From UHGV virus genome UHGV-0378206: 34,503 bases of DNA, one strand, 5' to 3'. Shown here piece after piece: positions 1-8,037 of this stretch (the first letter of the stretch is position 1; every line of letters starts with the position of its first letter). The notes beneath the pieces were generated by a model. That model saw only the letters and a program-made list of their open reading frames with translations, searched no databases and had not been told where the DNA came from. Both the position numbers and the translations under genes were made by a program. The stretch comes from a virus.

Positions 1-86
1 ATCATTGAGTTATAGCCATTTTATGGCATGTTTAATGATATTGTAGTAAAATTCACCCATAAATAGTTAACGTTAAGGAGGTACAT

Positions 87-563
87 ATGTTTTCCAAAGA
101 AAAAGTTAGCGATATTTTATTTGCGAATGGTTTTGAGATAAAAAATCAAAGTAATATAGGTGACTCATATACGTTTGATTTAGGTAATGAATGGCAAGTC
201 TCTGTATTTTGTCCTTTTGTTGGGAATGTGTTTGAAGGAAATGTGGATAAATTAAATTATGAGGCAATAAGTGCGTCTTTATTTGATTGTATTGGTACAA
301 AATTTAAATTTAAAAACGTAGTTTCATTAGAAGCTAATATTAAAAGAGTACTCAGAATACTAAAAGAAAACTCTGATGATGATGAGATTTTAAAGTGTGA
401 AAAATGTGGTGTAAGATACGTGCAACCTAAAGAACCTACATTTGGTAAAAAATGGAAGCCATTCCTCTCTTGTAGTGGAATGATAATTAAAGGAACAGGT
501 AAAAACAAAGGGATTCTTTGTGATGGGACATCTAAAAAATTACCGGCAGTAGTTTTGCTATAA
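87..563 (+). CDS. hypothetical protein with C-terminal Cys-rich (zinc-ribbon-like) motif
   Basis: 158-aa ORF with a strong RBS ('aaggagg' about 7 nt upstream of ATG); C-terminal 'CEKCG...CSG...C' pattern; no catalytic motif recognised by eye. Confidence 0.5.
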   Translation: MFSKEKVSDILFANGFEIKNQSNIGDSYTFDLGNEWQVSVFCPFVGNVFEGNVDKLNYEAISASLFDCIGTKFKFKNVVSLEANIKRVLRILKENSDDDEILKCEKCGVRYVQPKEPTFGKKWKPFLSCSGMIIKGTGKNKGILCDGTSKKLPAVVLL

Positions 564-586
564 ATTTAAATATTTGTTTTTATAGT

Positions 587-1117
587 GTGGCAAGGAAAAA
601 CATGTTCGATTTTCTTATGATTAACTCTGAGTATGTGTCTATTGTCGGTGCGGTTTTAGCTTTTGTGGGCACAATTGTACTCGCTTTTTCTATGGGAAAA
701 GTATTGTGGGAATTCATGTTCTCAATTGACGCGATATCTACCAGTATTGAAAGTATAGCAGACGGGGGCGATATTTACGTCTTTCAAGGACTTCATGAAA
801 GAATATCAAAAGCTATTTCTTCATCCAAAAAGCCCACTTGGATTGGGATAATATTAGTATTTATATCAATGCTAATGCAAGGTTATTCTTTATATCTAAG
901 TTTTGAAAGTAATAAAATAAATTCGATGAAGTACGAAAATAGAATAAATGAAGTTCATGACGAAATTACTGAAACAAAAAATACACTGAACATATTAAAC
1001 AGTAAGTTGTTAGCTAAAATTGATGAAAAACAGTTCCAAATAGATGAGCTTAAACGTATTCAGAGAGAACAAAATGAAAGTTTACGGAGCATTATTAAAA
1101 AACAGAAAAAGAATTAA
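587..1117 (+). CDS. hypothetical membrane protein with C-terminal coiled-coil
   Basis: ORF with two hydrophobic helices ('VSIVGAVLAFVGTIVLAF', 'WIGIILVFISMLMQGY') then a charged, heptad-like C-terminus; start is GTG at 587 or ATG at 602 (RBS 'aagga'). Confidence 0.45.
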   Translation: MARKNMFDFLMINSEYVSIVGAVLAFVGTIVLAFSMGKVLWEFMFSIDAISTSIESIADGGDIYVFQGLHERISKAISSSKKPTWIGIILVFISMLMQGYSLYLSFESNKINSMKYENRINEVHDEITETKNTLNILNSKLLAKIDEKQFQIDELKRIQREQNESLRSIIKKQKKN

Positions 1118-1165
1118 TAAATTTAGATGTTGATTTTTTCAACCGTAGGGCAGAAAAAACAAGGC

Positions 1166-1194
1166 AACAAATAGAAGCTCGGCTTCTATTTGTT
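1166..1194 (+). terminator. candidate stem-loop terminator downstream of 587..1117 gene
   Basis: 12-bp perfect inverted repeat 'acaaatagaag'/'cttctatttgt' with a 5-nt loop; weak U-tract, so intrinsic-terminator status is uncertain. Confidence 0.3.
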
Positions 1195-1281
1195 AGCTCT
1201 TGCTCTTCAATTATGAATTAAAAATTTGATATTTAATTATTTTGATGATAACAATGAAGAAATATAAAAAGAGGAGGTGTT

Positions 1282-1479
1282 ATGAAAGCAGTTTATTTAT
1301 TTGGGGTGATTTTTTTAATAATTGATTTGTTGCTTGGTTTTTATATTTTTGATAAAGGCGGGACCGATGCAGCTATCAAATCTGGGCTAATGGGGAATCT
1401 GTCGGTATGTATTATTTTTATGACTGTGGGAGTGTATGTGCCGGTACTTATCTGGTCACTTGCAGAAAGGAAAAAATAG
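1282..1479 (+). CDS. small hydrophobic (membrane) protein, 65 aa
   Basis: Strong RBS 'agaggagg' upstream of ATG; two hydrophobic segments; function unknown. Confidence 0.4.
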   Translation: MKAVYLFGVIFLIIDLLLGFYIFDKGGTDAAIKSGLMGNLSVCIIFMTVGVYVPVLIWSLAERKK

Positions 1480-1518
1480 CTATTAATACAACTCGAATAT
1501 AATAGCTATTACCGGAAC

Positions 1519-2058
1519 TTATTTCTTTATCGAGATCTCTATTTTATTATCCTTTTCGACCAAGGCATATATATCTTTGCTATCCAATGAGCGAATGGAG
1601 ATATACGTGTGGTCATCTGGCTTTTGTTTTACACAGATGACCGGGGCTTCATTTTCGGGATTGGCCAACTTGCTGTATTCATTGGAAAATTCCTTTAGAC
1701 TAATTAATAATTTTATCACTCCAGACAAGCTTACCATTGTAAGGAATAGATAACCCCAGACACTGGAGAAAATATTAGCAAATGTAAGGTTAGAATTAAT
1801 ATTCGAGATGCAATATATATAATATGCATAACTTATTAGAGAGAATAAACTGAGCAACGAATCTACAGACTTTTTTAAAACTTCACTGTAGATATTATGT
1901 GAGAAGAAAAATATAATACCACCGCAAAACAATGGAATTATAAGCAGTATCAATGTCAGGGCCCAATTGTGGTTGTTACCATATATGTAAAGGGAGATGA
2001 AGCATGTAAATGTAGTTAACAATGCGACCAATTTACTGAGAGTAGGATTATTTATCAC
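1519..2058 (-). CDS. multi-pass membrane protein (about 4 TM helices) with short soluble C-terminal domain
   Basis: 179-aa ORF, RBS 'aggag' 7 nt upstream of ATG; hydrophobic stretches through the first ~110 aa; same strand as and downstream of the SIR2-like gene. Confidence 0.5.
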   Translation of the reverse strand: MINNPTLSKLVALLTTFTCFISLYIYGNNHNWALTLILLIIPLFCGGIIFFFSHNIYSEVLKKSVDSLLSLFSLISYAYYIYCISNINSNLTFANIFSSVWGYLFLTMVSLSGVIKLLISLKEFSNEYSKLANPENEAPVICVKQKPDDHTYISIRSLDSKDIYALVEKDNKIEISIKK

Positions 2059-2279
2059 TTGAAACTCCTGTTAAAAACTTCGGTTTTAATTGTCAATAAT
2101 AGATCATATGCTGTAGTTGATATAGTCATATAAACATAACAGTCTTCTGTATGATGTGCTGTTTTTATCTTTGCAGTTTAATAAGTAAATTTTTATTTGT
2201 TCTGAGGGGATTCTATTCTCATAATAACTATGGAAAATGCAATCATCTTTTTTAGATAAAGGGATTGTTAAGTCTTCAA

Positions 2280-3602
2280 TTATTTCCTCTGTAGATAAAT
2301 GAATGTTTTACAGTTATTATTAGAGGTTCTTTCAAAATGATCAGCAAGTTTATTTATTTGCTGATCTTTATACATTTCTATATTGTCAAGTTCAGGACAG
2401 ATTTCACTGAACGCAAAGATTGGAAAGAACTGGGAACTCTGTATCTTCTGTTTATTTAATAATATAATTAATTGCTTATTTGCTTCCTCTACAATCTTGA
2501 AATAATCTTGCATCATTTCAGGCTTGGTTTGAAACTCATACTTAACTCGTTTATGAGAACCTACGGCTAATACCATTTGTCCATTTTTTAACTGGTCTAA
2601 ATCTTCTGTGATTTTTACTTCAATTTCACCACCGCTTTTTATTTCATTCCAGACTTTTTGAACTTTTCTAATATCCATTGCTGAAACTGGTAATATTAAG
2701 TCTGATAAACTTTTATATATAGAAGAGTAATCGTCGGTTTTGATTTTATTTATTCTTATAGTGGTAGCATTCCCTATGTATATATCGTGTTCAGATATGG
2801 CAGTAGATCTTGAATCTTTTTCATATTCCACAAGCAAAAAATTACTTCTAATTTTATTTGCTATATCTGAGTTAGTAGGTACATAGGAAAAAATGGTCTT
2901 TAGAATTTGCTGTATGTTTCTGTCACTAATGCTGTATCCAATAAAGATAACAGGATTATGAATAAATAGTGAGAGTAATTGTGCTCTAATTAGTTCATAT
3001 TTGTTATCGAAATAGTCATAATCTTGTTCTGTAATCGTTAGTTCGTAAGGGGCTGACACACAACCATGTATTTTATAGACAGAACCATAAGGATTACTTA
3101 AAAGTATGCTATTGCCTATTAGTGGTTCAAATTCAAAGAGTTGCTCAATCAATAAATCATAGTTCGTTGTGATGATTGATCCGATGTTTTTTCTCATCTT
3201 AATGAGTTCAGCTATCTCTTCGCTTTTTTCTTCTTTTAATTCTACAGTTGATAATAGCTGAGTAATATATATTTTAAATCTGCTTAAATTAATTCCCTTA
3301 TCCATCTCTTTATAGAAAATATCATTTATTTCTTTAAACTTTCCATTTCTATCGTTAGACAAAGTTTCATTGAATTTTCTTTCTATATCACTGGCAATTT
3401 TATCATATTTATATTCACCATTGATTTGACATTTTGATTTAATATCAAGATATGTTTCTTTATCACCAGTGAGTTCGAAACAAATATATGAGAGTAAACC
3501 ATTCCAATCATAGGAATTAGAGAGATATCGCAAGCTAAACCCAGTTCCGATGAAGAGCACTGGATGATTTCGATACTTTGCTATGAATTCATTAATTTCC
3601 AT
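2280..3602 (-). CDS. SIR2-like (SIR2_2-type) domain protein, probable NAD+-consuming defence effector
   Basis: Ordered motifs in the N-terminal ~230 aa: 'PVLFIGTGFS' (GxGxS), 'IITTNYDLL' (TTNYD), 'YKIHGC' (KxHG), 'VIFIGYSISD' (GYSxxD); C-terminal ~200 aa unassigned. Confidence 0.75.
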   Translation of the reverse strand: MEINEFIAKYRNHPVLFIGTGFSLRYLSNSYDWNGLLSYICFELTGDKETYLDIKSKCQINGEYKYDKIASDIERKFNETLSNDRNGKFKEINDIFYKEMDKGINLSRFKIYITQLLSTVELKEEKSEEIAELIKMRKNIGSIITTNYDLLIEQLFEFEPLIGNSILLSNPYGSVYKIHGCVSAPYELTITEQDYDYFDNKYELIRAQLLSLFIHNPVIFIGYSISDRNIQQILKTIFSYVPTNSDIANKIRSNFLLVEYEKDSRSTAISEHDIYIGNATTIRINKIKTDDYSSIYKSLSDLILPVSAMDIRKVQKVWNEIKSGGEIEVKITEDLDQLKNGQMVLAVGSHKRVKYEFQTKPEMMQDYFKIVEEANKQLIILLNKQKIQSSQFFPIFAFSEICPELDNIEMYKDQQINKLADHFERTSNNNCKTFIYLQRK

Positions 3603-3812
3603 ATCTCACCATAACTTGTTGATTTTATGTGCTTTAATGTGTTACTGTTGACGTATTAAGGTATATCTAACATACATTATTATTCTTTATGCCAGTTGTC
3701 TAGCATATAGTCATAACTCTTTAAGCCAAAAAATTGTCTGTTCGCGCTTTGTCCGTAGTACATGTGTATACTAACATGTATTAGATTTTTCATTATACGT
3801 TTGGTGTAATTA

Positions 3813-4577
3813 ATGCTGAAAATTAACAAATGTCCACTTTGCCGTAAAAATAATGAACTTGTCCATAGCCATTTGATTTCTAAGTTTGTTTATAAAATTA
3901 TTCGCGAATGTCAGCCATATGAGAAAATAAACGAATGTTCTCCAATGATTGTTGATAGCCGTTTAGGTCTTCTACAGAAATCAACACGTCAAGAAAAACA
4001 AATTCTCCTTTGTTCTGCATGTGAAGAGTTATTTTCTGAAAAAGAAACTGCGATGGCGAAAATTATTCGTGAACTGCAAAGAACAGATGTGAGGCAGAAA
4101 AAGATATTAGCATACCAAAAGGAACTGTGTAGCAAATTAAATGGTCAAGACATTCTTTATTTTACAGATGAAAAAGTCTCTACAATTAAATATTTTGCTA
4201 TGTTGAATTTATTTAGAAATATAGTGTGCGAGAGAGTGCCTCGCATAGTAAGAAAAGAGTTAATTAAGATTAGAAAATATCTTCTACGCGAATCTGATTA
4301 TTCTTTGCCATTAATCATTCATGTTAACGACAGTGATTTTTTCCCCATAGCCTCAACTCCATTCAAAATTGATTCTGATAATTGCTATCATTATATTTTT
4401 TTAATTCCTGAGTTTTTATTTCATTTCTTCTTTTGTATGTCACAACTAAACTTGCAGTTTAATGACGTAATGATTATGCCAGAACATCTTTCTTCAAAAG
4501 AAGAAGTGGAAATTCACCTTAGGAACTCAATGAAAGACATTCGCATTGCTAATAATGCAAAGAAATATATAAAATGA
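3813..4577 (+). CDS. hypothetical protein with N-terminal Cys/His cluster
   Basis: 254-aa ORF; 'CPLC...HSH...CSAC' suggests a zinc-binding module; remainder unrecognised; weak RBS. Confidence 0.45.
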   Translation: MLKINKCPLCRKNNELVHSHLISKFVYKIIRECQPYEKINECSPMIVDSRLGLLQKSTRQEKQILLCSACEELFSEKETAMAKIIRELQRTDVRQKKILAYQKELCSKLNGQDILYFTDEKVSTIKYFAMLNLFRNIVCERVPRIVRKELIKIRKYLLRESDYSLPLIIHVNDSDFFPIASTPFKIDSDNCYHYIFLIPEFLFHFFFCMSQLNLQFNDVMIMPEHLSSKEEVEIHLRNSMKDIRIANNAKKYIK

Positions 4578-4625
4578 TTAGCTTTTGATGGACTTCGAGT
4601 GACTTGGCAAATAAGTACGTATTGG

Positions 4626-4916
4626 TTATTTTTTGAGGCATTTAATAGCATAATGAAAAGAAATGTCCTCTAATCCAGTTTTTGTTTTCAAATAAAAACA
4701 TCTGGTGCCGTGTAGTGATCTACCTGCAGTGATTCCTATGCATTCATTCTTACTTTTTTCTTCCCACTCATCGTGGTTTTTAAATAATTCGATCAAAAAA
4801 TTATAATCACTAATGCTCACTTCTTGATGGTCTTTGGTTTTGTTTAGAATGCTTTGTGCCTGACTGATTATATCTTTCTTAGTAGCATAAATAATATTGT
4901 TGATAGTGTATGACAT
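4626..4916 (-). CDS. hypothetical protein, 96 aa
   Basis: ORF with RBS 'agga' upstream of ATG; no recognisable motif. Confidence 0.4.
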   Translation of the reverse strand: MSYTINNIIYATKKDIISQAQSILNKTKDHQEVSISDYNFLIELFKNHDEWEEKSKNECIGITAGRSLHGTRCFYLKTKTGLEDISFHYAIKCLKK

Positions 4917-5115
4917 GTTTTTTCCTATTGTTAGATAACATCGATTTTCTTACCTAATTAGGCATGAGATATTAAATTGTAACATATTTAATTGATAGTG
5001 CTTTCTGGAATCAGATTTTTGAAAGTTTAAAATGTTTTTCAGTTCTATTATTGTAAATAATAAAAACGTATCCTTAACAGAACAGTATGGAATTTCTAAA
5101 AAATCTATAATCATA

Positions 5116-5165
5116 AATTAATTCACTGAAGTTTTGACTGCTAAAATTACTTCAGTGAATTAATT
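5116..5165. repeat. 17-bp perfect inverted repeat (hairpin) just 3' of the 5189..6328 gene
   Basis: 'aattaattcactgaagt' (5116..5132) and its exact reverse complement 'acttcagtgaattaatt' (5149..5165) with a 16-nt loop; likely operon terminator or regulatory/recombination site. Confidence 0.5.
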
Positions 5166-5188
5166 ATGAATGGAAATTTGCTTTGTAG

Positions 5189-6328
5189 TTAGTTTTGTTT
5201 TTGATAGTCTCTTTGATGTTGAAGAATCAATTCAAATTCTCTAACTTCTGCAACTATATGAGTTACATGATGTGTCGTGTCTATTGATACCCAATTCGTA
5301 GTATTACCAACAAATTCTTCATTGGCACATTCATAAATCTTTTTATCACCCCAGCTAAATTTCTCACCTTTATAATGGGGGGATGAAACCAGTATCTTAC
5401 ACAAATCTTGCATTTGTGCTCCCTTTTTACCGGTAGCACGAGAATACCCTCTTACAACGAAAAGGCTATCGTCTATAGTATATCTAATCTTACCGTTAGC
5501 ATCGGGTGCAATGATGTCATCTCCGATAGAGGGATTAACGATACCATAATCTCCAAATACTAAATTTAAATCAGGTTGGAATTTTTTGAATGCTTTCCAT
5601 ACCTTAGCTTCTTTACGGATAACTATACCTTCTGAATTGTGGGTAGGAACCATTCCATTAATATCACTTGTTATTGAACTTCCTGCAATTGAAATAAATT
5701 TAAAATCATACTTGTATAATGAATCCAGTGCTCTCTGCACTGTTTCATTTAGGTCAACTATGGATGTTTTAGTTATATCTTCTAAATCTATCATTACCGA
5801 GCAATTTTCTGGCATTGCACCCAAGGAAGTTAAAATGCCTTCTATTGTTTCAATAAACGGTTCCTCTTCGATCATATCTTCAAAAGCAAAGGAGTTTAAC
5901 CGAATTACAAAGTCAGTATAGCTTGTACCTAATTGTTGCAAAGTAGTTGCATACTCATCATCTTCCCATCGATCATAACCGACGACAGGAATGATATTGC
6001 ACCCAGCATTTCTTAAGGCACTGGTGAGATGACTCAAAATATGCTCTCCTGTTTCAAGAGAAGAGTTTGGAGGCCATCTGCTTATATCAATCCCCATGGG
6101 GAGATTTTGCATCCTTTCGGACAATGTTTTAATTGTATTGTTTAGAAAAAACTCAACTGGATTACCTATGTTAGAGTATTTTTTATTTGTTCTCTGCTTT
6201 TTCGACAGATATGGGATTTCAAAAATCGGAAGCATGTCCCTCATAACGTGGGGATAAGGAAGCATAGACTTAATGGCATCTAACTCACCTTTCTTAGCTT
6301 TTAAAATCGGCATATATTTAGGGTACAT
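5189..6328 (-). CDS. hypothetical protein (379 aa), third gene of the HigB/HigA-ImmA operon
   Basis: ORF starts 14 nt after the stop of the upstream gene, RBS 'gaggtg'; N-terminus 'MYPKYMPILKAKKGELDAIKSM'; no catalytic motif recognised by eye. Confidence 0.6.
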   Translation of the reverse strand: MYPKYMPILKAKKGELDAIKSMLPYPHVMRDMLPIFEIPYLSKKQRTNKKYSNIGNPVEFFLNNTIKTLSERMQNLPMGIDISRWPPNSSLETGEHILSHLTSALRNAGCNIIPVVGYDRWEDDEYATTLQQLGTSYTDFVIRLNSFAFEDMIEEEPFIETIEGILTSLGAMPENCSVMIDLEDITKTSIVDLNETVQRALDSLYKYDFKFISIAGSSITSDINGMVPTHNSEGIVIRKEAKVWKAFKKFQPDLNLVFGDYGIVNPSIGDDIIAPDANGKIRYTIDDSLFVVRGYSRATGKKGAQMQDLCKILVSSPHYKGEKFSWGDKKIYECANEEFVGNTTNWVSIDTTHHVTHIVAEVREFELILQHQRDYQKQN

Positions 6329-6341
6329 ATAGACACCTCGT

Positions 6342-7571
6342 CTACCAAATATGATTAGGGAAATGCTTTCTTACTTCACCTTGACCAACTAAATCAGAAA
6401 ATTGATTGTATTTTCCAGTTTCTCTTCTAATTCTTCCTGCGATTATTGCAGGATGAATTCTTAATTCTCTTGAAAGCTCATCTATCGTGAATGTGCTGGG
6501 ATTTAAGTAAGCTGAACTCCGTTTCCAAATGACGCGAGGAATGAGAGTATCTCTGGCTATTCGATTAGCCTCTGCTTCCATTTTGTCTGTACTATTCTTG
6601 AGTGTTTCAATGTCATCGATAAATGTGTTAGTAGAATCTGCATGTTTCCAGATATGGACTAACTCATGTAAAAGTGTAAACCAGAAATTATCCAAACGAT
6701 CTTGTCTTAAAGTGAGTGCAATAATTGGTCTACCGTCAATATCCCTCAGAGCAGCCCCATCAACAGCAGTACCAGTCAGACAAGGTTCAATGATCACACA
6801 AATCCCATTTTTTTCTAAGAACTCCACCGCTAATAGAGGTCCATATTCGGACCAACTTAAATGTGCGATCTCTTTTAAAAAATCTTTAGTTATGCAATCT
6901 TGCTTAAATTTAGTTGCGAGTTTTTTTTCCCTGGCTTTCTGGACTACTCTTGCAATCCATGCATGTAATTTATAAACAGTTGTAGGTGAGTAAGACTCTC
7001 CGTTAAGTGTTCGCTTGAAGGCTGCTGTAGAAAAATTCGCACCCAAACCCTCAATGAAATTTTTGACTTTTTCTTCTGTAGTCGTTTTTGTTTGCGAGAC
7101 AATGTTTTCTATCCAACCTTTGGAAAGCATTTCTTTTATAGGAAATTTTGACCAATTAACCTCCTCAACTGGAGAACGATTTGCATATCCAGTTTCTGTT
7201 TCTAAGCCCAATAATGTTTGAGGAGACATACCTAAACCTATTGATAAGGCTTTGATCATAGCGACGGTTAAAGGACGTTTTCCCGATAACACCTCTGATA
7301 CACGACTTTTTGTTCCAAAATATGGGGTGAGATCCGCTTGGCGTAAGCCCTGTTCGTCCATTCGGAATTTGATTGCCTCGATTGGATCTACCGGTGTTAC
7401 TGGATAGTTAGCATTTTCATAATTTTCAATAACAACTGTAAGTAAATCAAGACGTTCTGATTCTTCAGATCCTGCAGGAAGATCCAATCTGAGTAATCTC
7501 TCAACTTCTGAAAGGGCCGCATGATATTGTTCTTCAGTTCGAATAACCCGAACTTCAGTAAGTTTACTCAT
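6342..7571 (-). CDS. HigA-like HTH antitoxin domain fused to ImmA/IrrE-type zinc metallopeptidase domain
   Basis: N-terminal region resembles HigA-type HTH antitoxins ('GTKSRVSEVLSGKRPLTVAMIKALSIGLGMSPQTL'); C-terminal half has HEXXH 'LLHELVHIW'; start overlaps upstream stop as ATGA. Confidence 0.7.
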   Translation of the reverse strand: MSKLTEVRVIRTEEQYHAALSEVERLLRLDLPAGSEESERLDLLTVVIENYENANYPVTPVDPIEAIKFRMDEQGLRQADLTPYFGTKSRVSEVLSGKRPLTVAMIKALSIGLGMSPQTLLGLETETGYANRSPVEEVNWSKFPIKEMLSKGWIENIVSQTKTTTEEKVKNFIEGLGANFSTAAFKRTLNGESYSPTTVYKLHAWIARVVQKAREKKLATKFKQDCITKDFLKEIAHLSWSEYGPLLAVEFLEKNGICVIIEPCLTGTAVDGAALRDIDGRPIIALTLRQDRLDNFWFTLLHELVHIWKHADSTNTFIDDIETLKNSTDKMEAEANRIARDTLIPRVIWKRSSAYLNPSTFTIDELSRELRIHPAIIAGRIRRETGKYNQFSDLVGQGEVRKHFPNHIW

Positions 7572-7831
7572 TTAGATACCACCTGGTTAATCACCGCAAT
7601 GCTCCTTTCAAACTGAAATGTTACTTTTATGCCCTGCGATTTAATGCCTCGAACAAAGAACACATAGCACAAATTATCAATCTGCTGTGCTCTGGGGAAA
7701 GCATCTAAAACTCCCTTAGCATCTTTCCAGTAAGCGTTAGTGAGCTCTGCAACCCAAGCGGAAAGCCAAACATCCGTTTCAGGGTTAGTACCACTTAGCA
7801 CTTGAAGCCTTTGCTTGCCGATTAGTCGCAT
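7568..7831 (-). CDS. higB: HigB-family (RelE/ParE-fold) toxin-like protein
   Basis: About 87 aa from the internal ATG with RBS 'ggaga' (ORF extends to 7882); sequence pattern resembles E. coli-type HigB; toxin-upstream-of-antitoxin order as in higBA. Confidence 0.55.
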   Translation of the reverse strand: MRLIGKQRLQVLSGTNPETDVWLSAWVAELTNAYWKDAKGVLDAFPRAQQIDNLCYVFFVRGIKSQGIKVTFQFERSIAVINQVVSK

Positions 7832-8037
7832 TGATGTTCTCCATTTGGGAACCAGAATAAGTGTGGTGATTCTGAATGTCAATACAATGTTCCCATAAGT
7901 GGAACTTGTCGCCTCCAGTTCTCATCTCTTTATGGCTACATAACTCTAAGAATCAATGGAAAGCTCTTTAATAAGAATAAAAATATGATTTAGATCAAAT
8001 GTATATCGGCGTGCCGGGATGCTTATAGTGGGGCGAT

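Noticed and set aside
1519-3602. Classical Thoeris (ThsA + ThsB)
   Set aside because: No TIR-domain gene is adjacent and no SLOG-like motifs are visible in the C-terminal half of the SIR2 protein; kept as an unclassified SIR2 module instead.
5586-5921. Plus-strand ORFs inside the 379-aa gene, the HigA-ImmA gene (6529..6975) and the IntA gene (8447..8989, 9089..9400)
   Set aside because: Fully nested in longer, better-supported minus-strand genes with RBSs and recognisable motifs.
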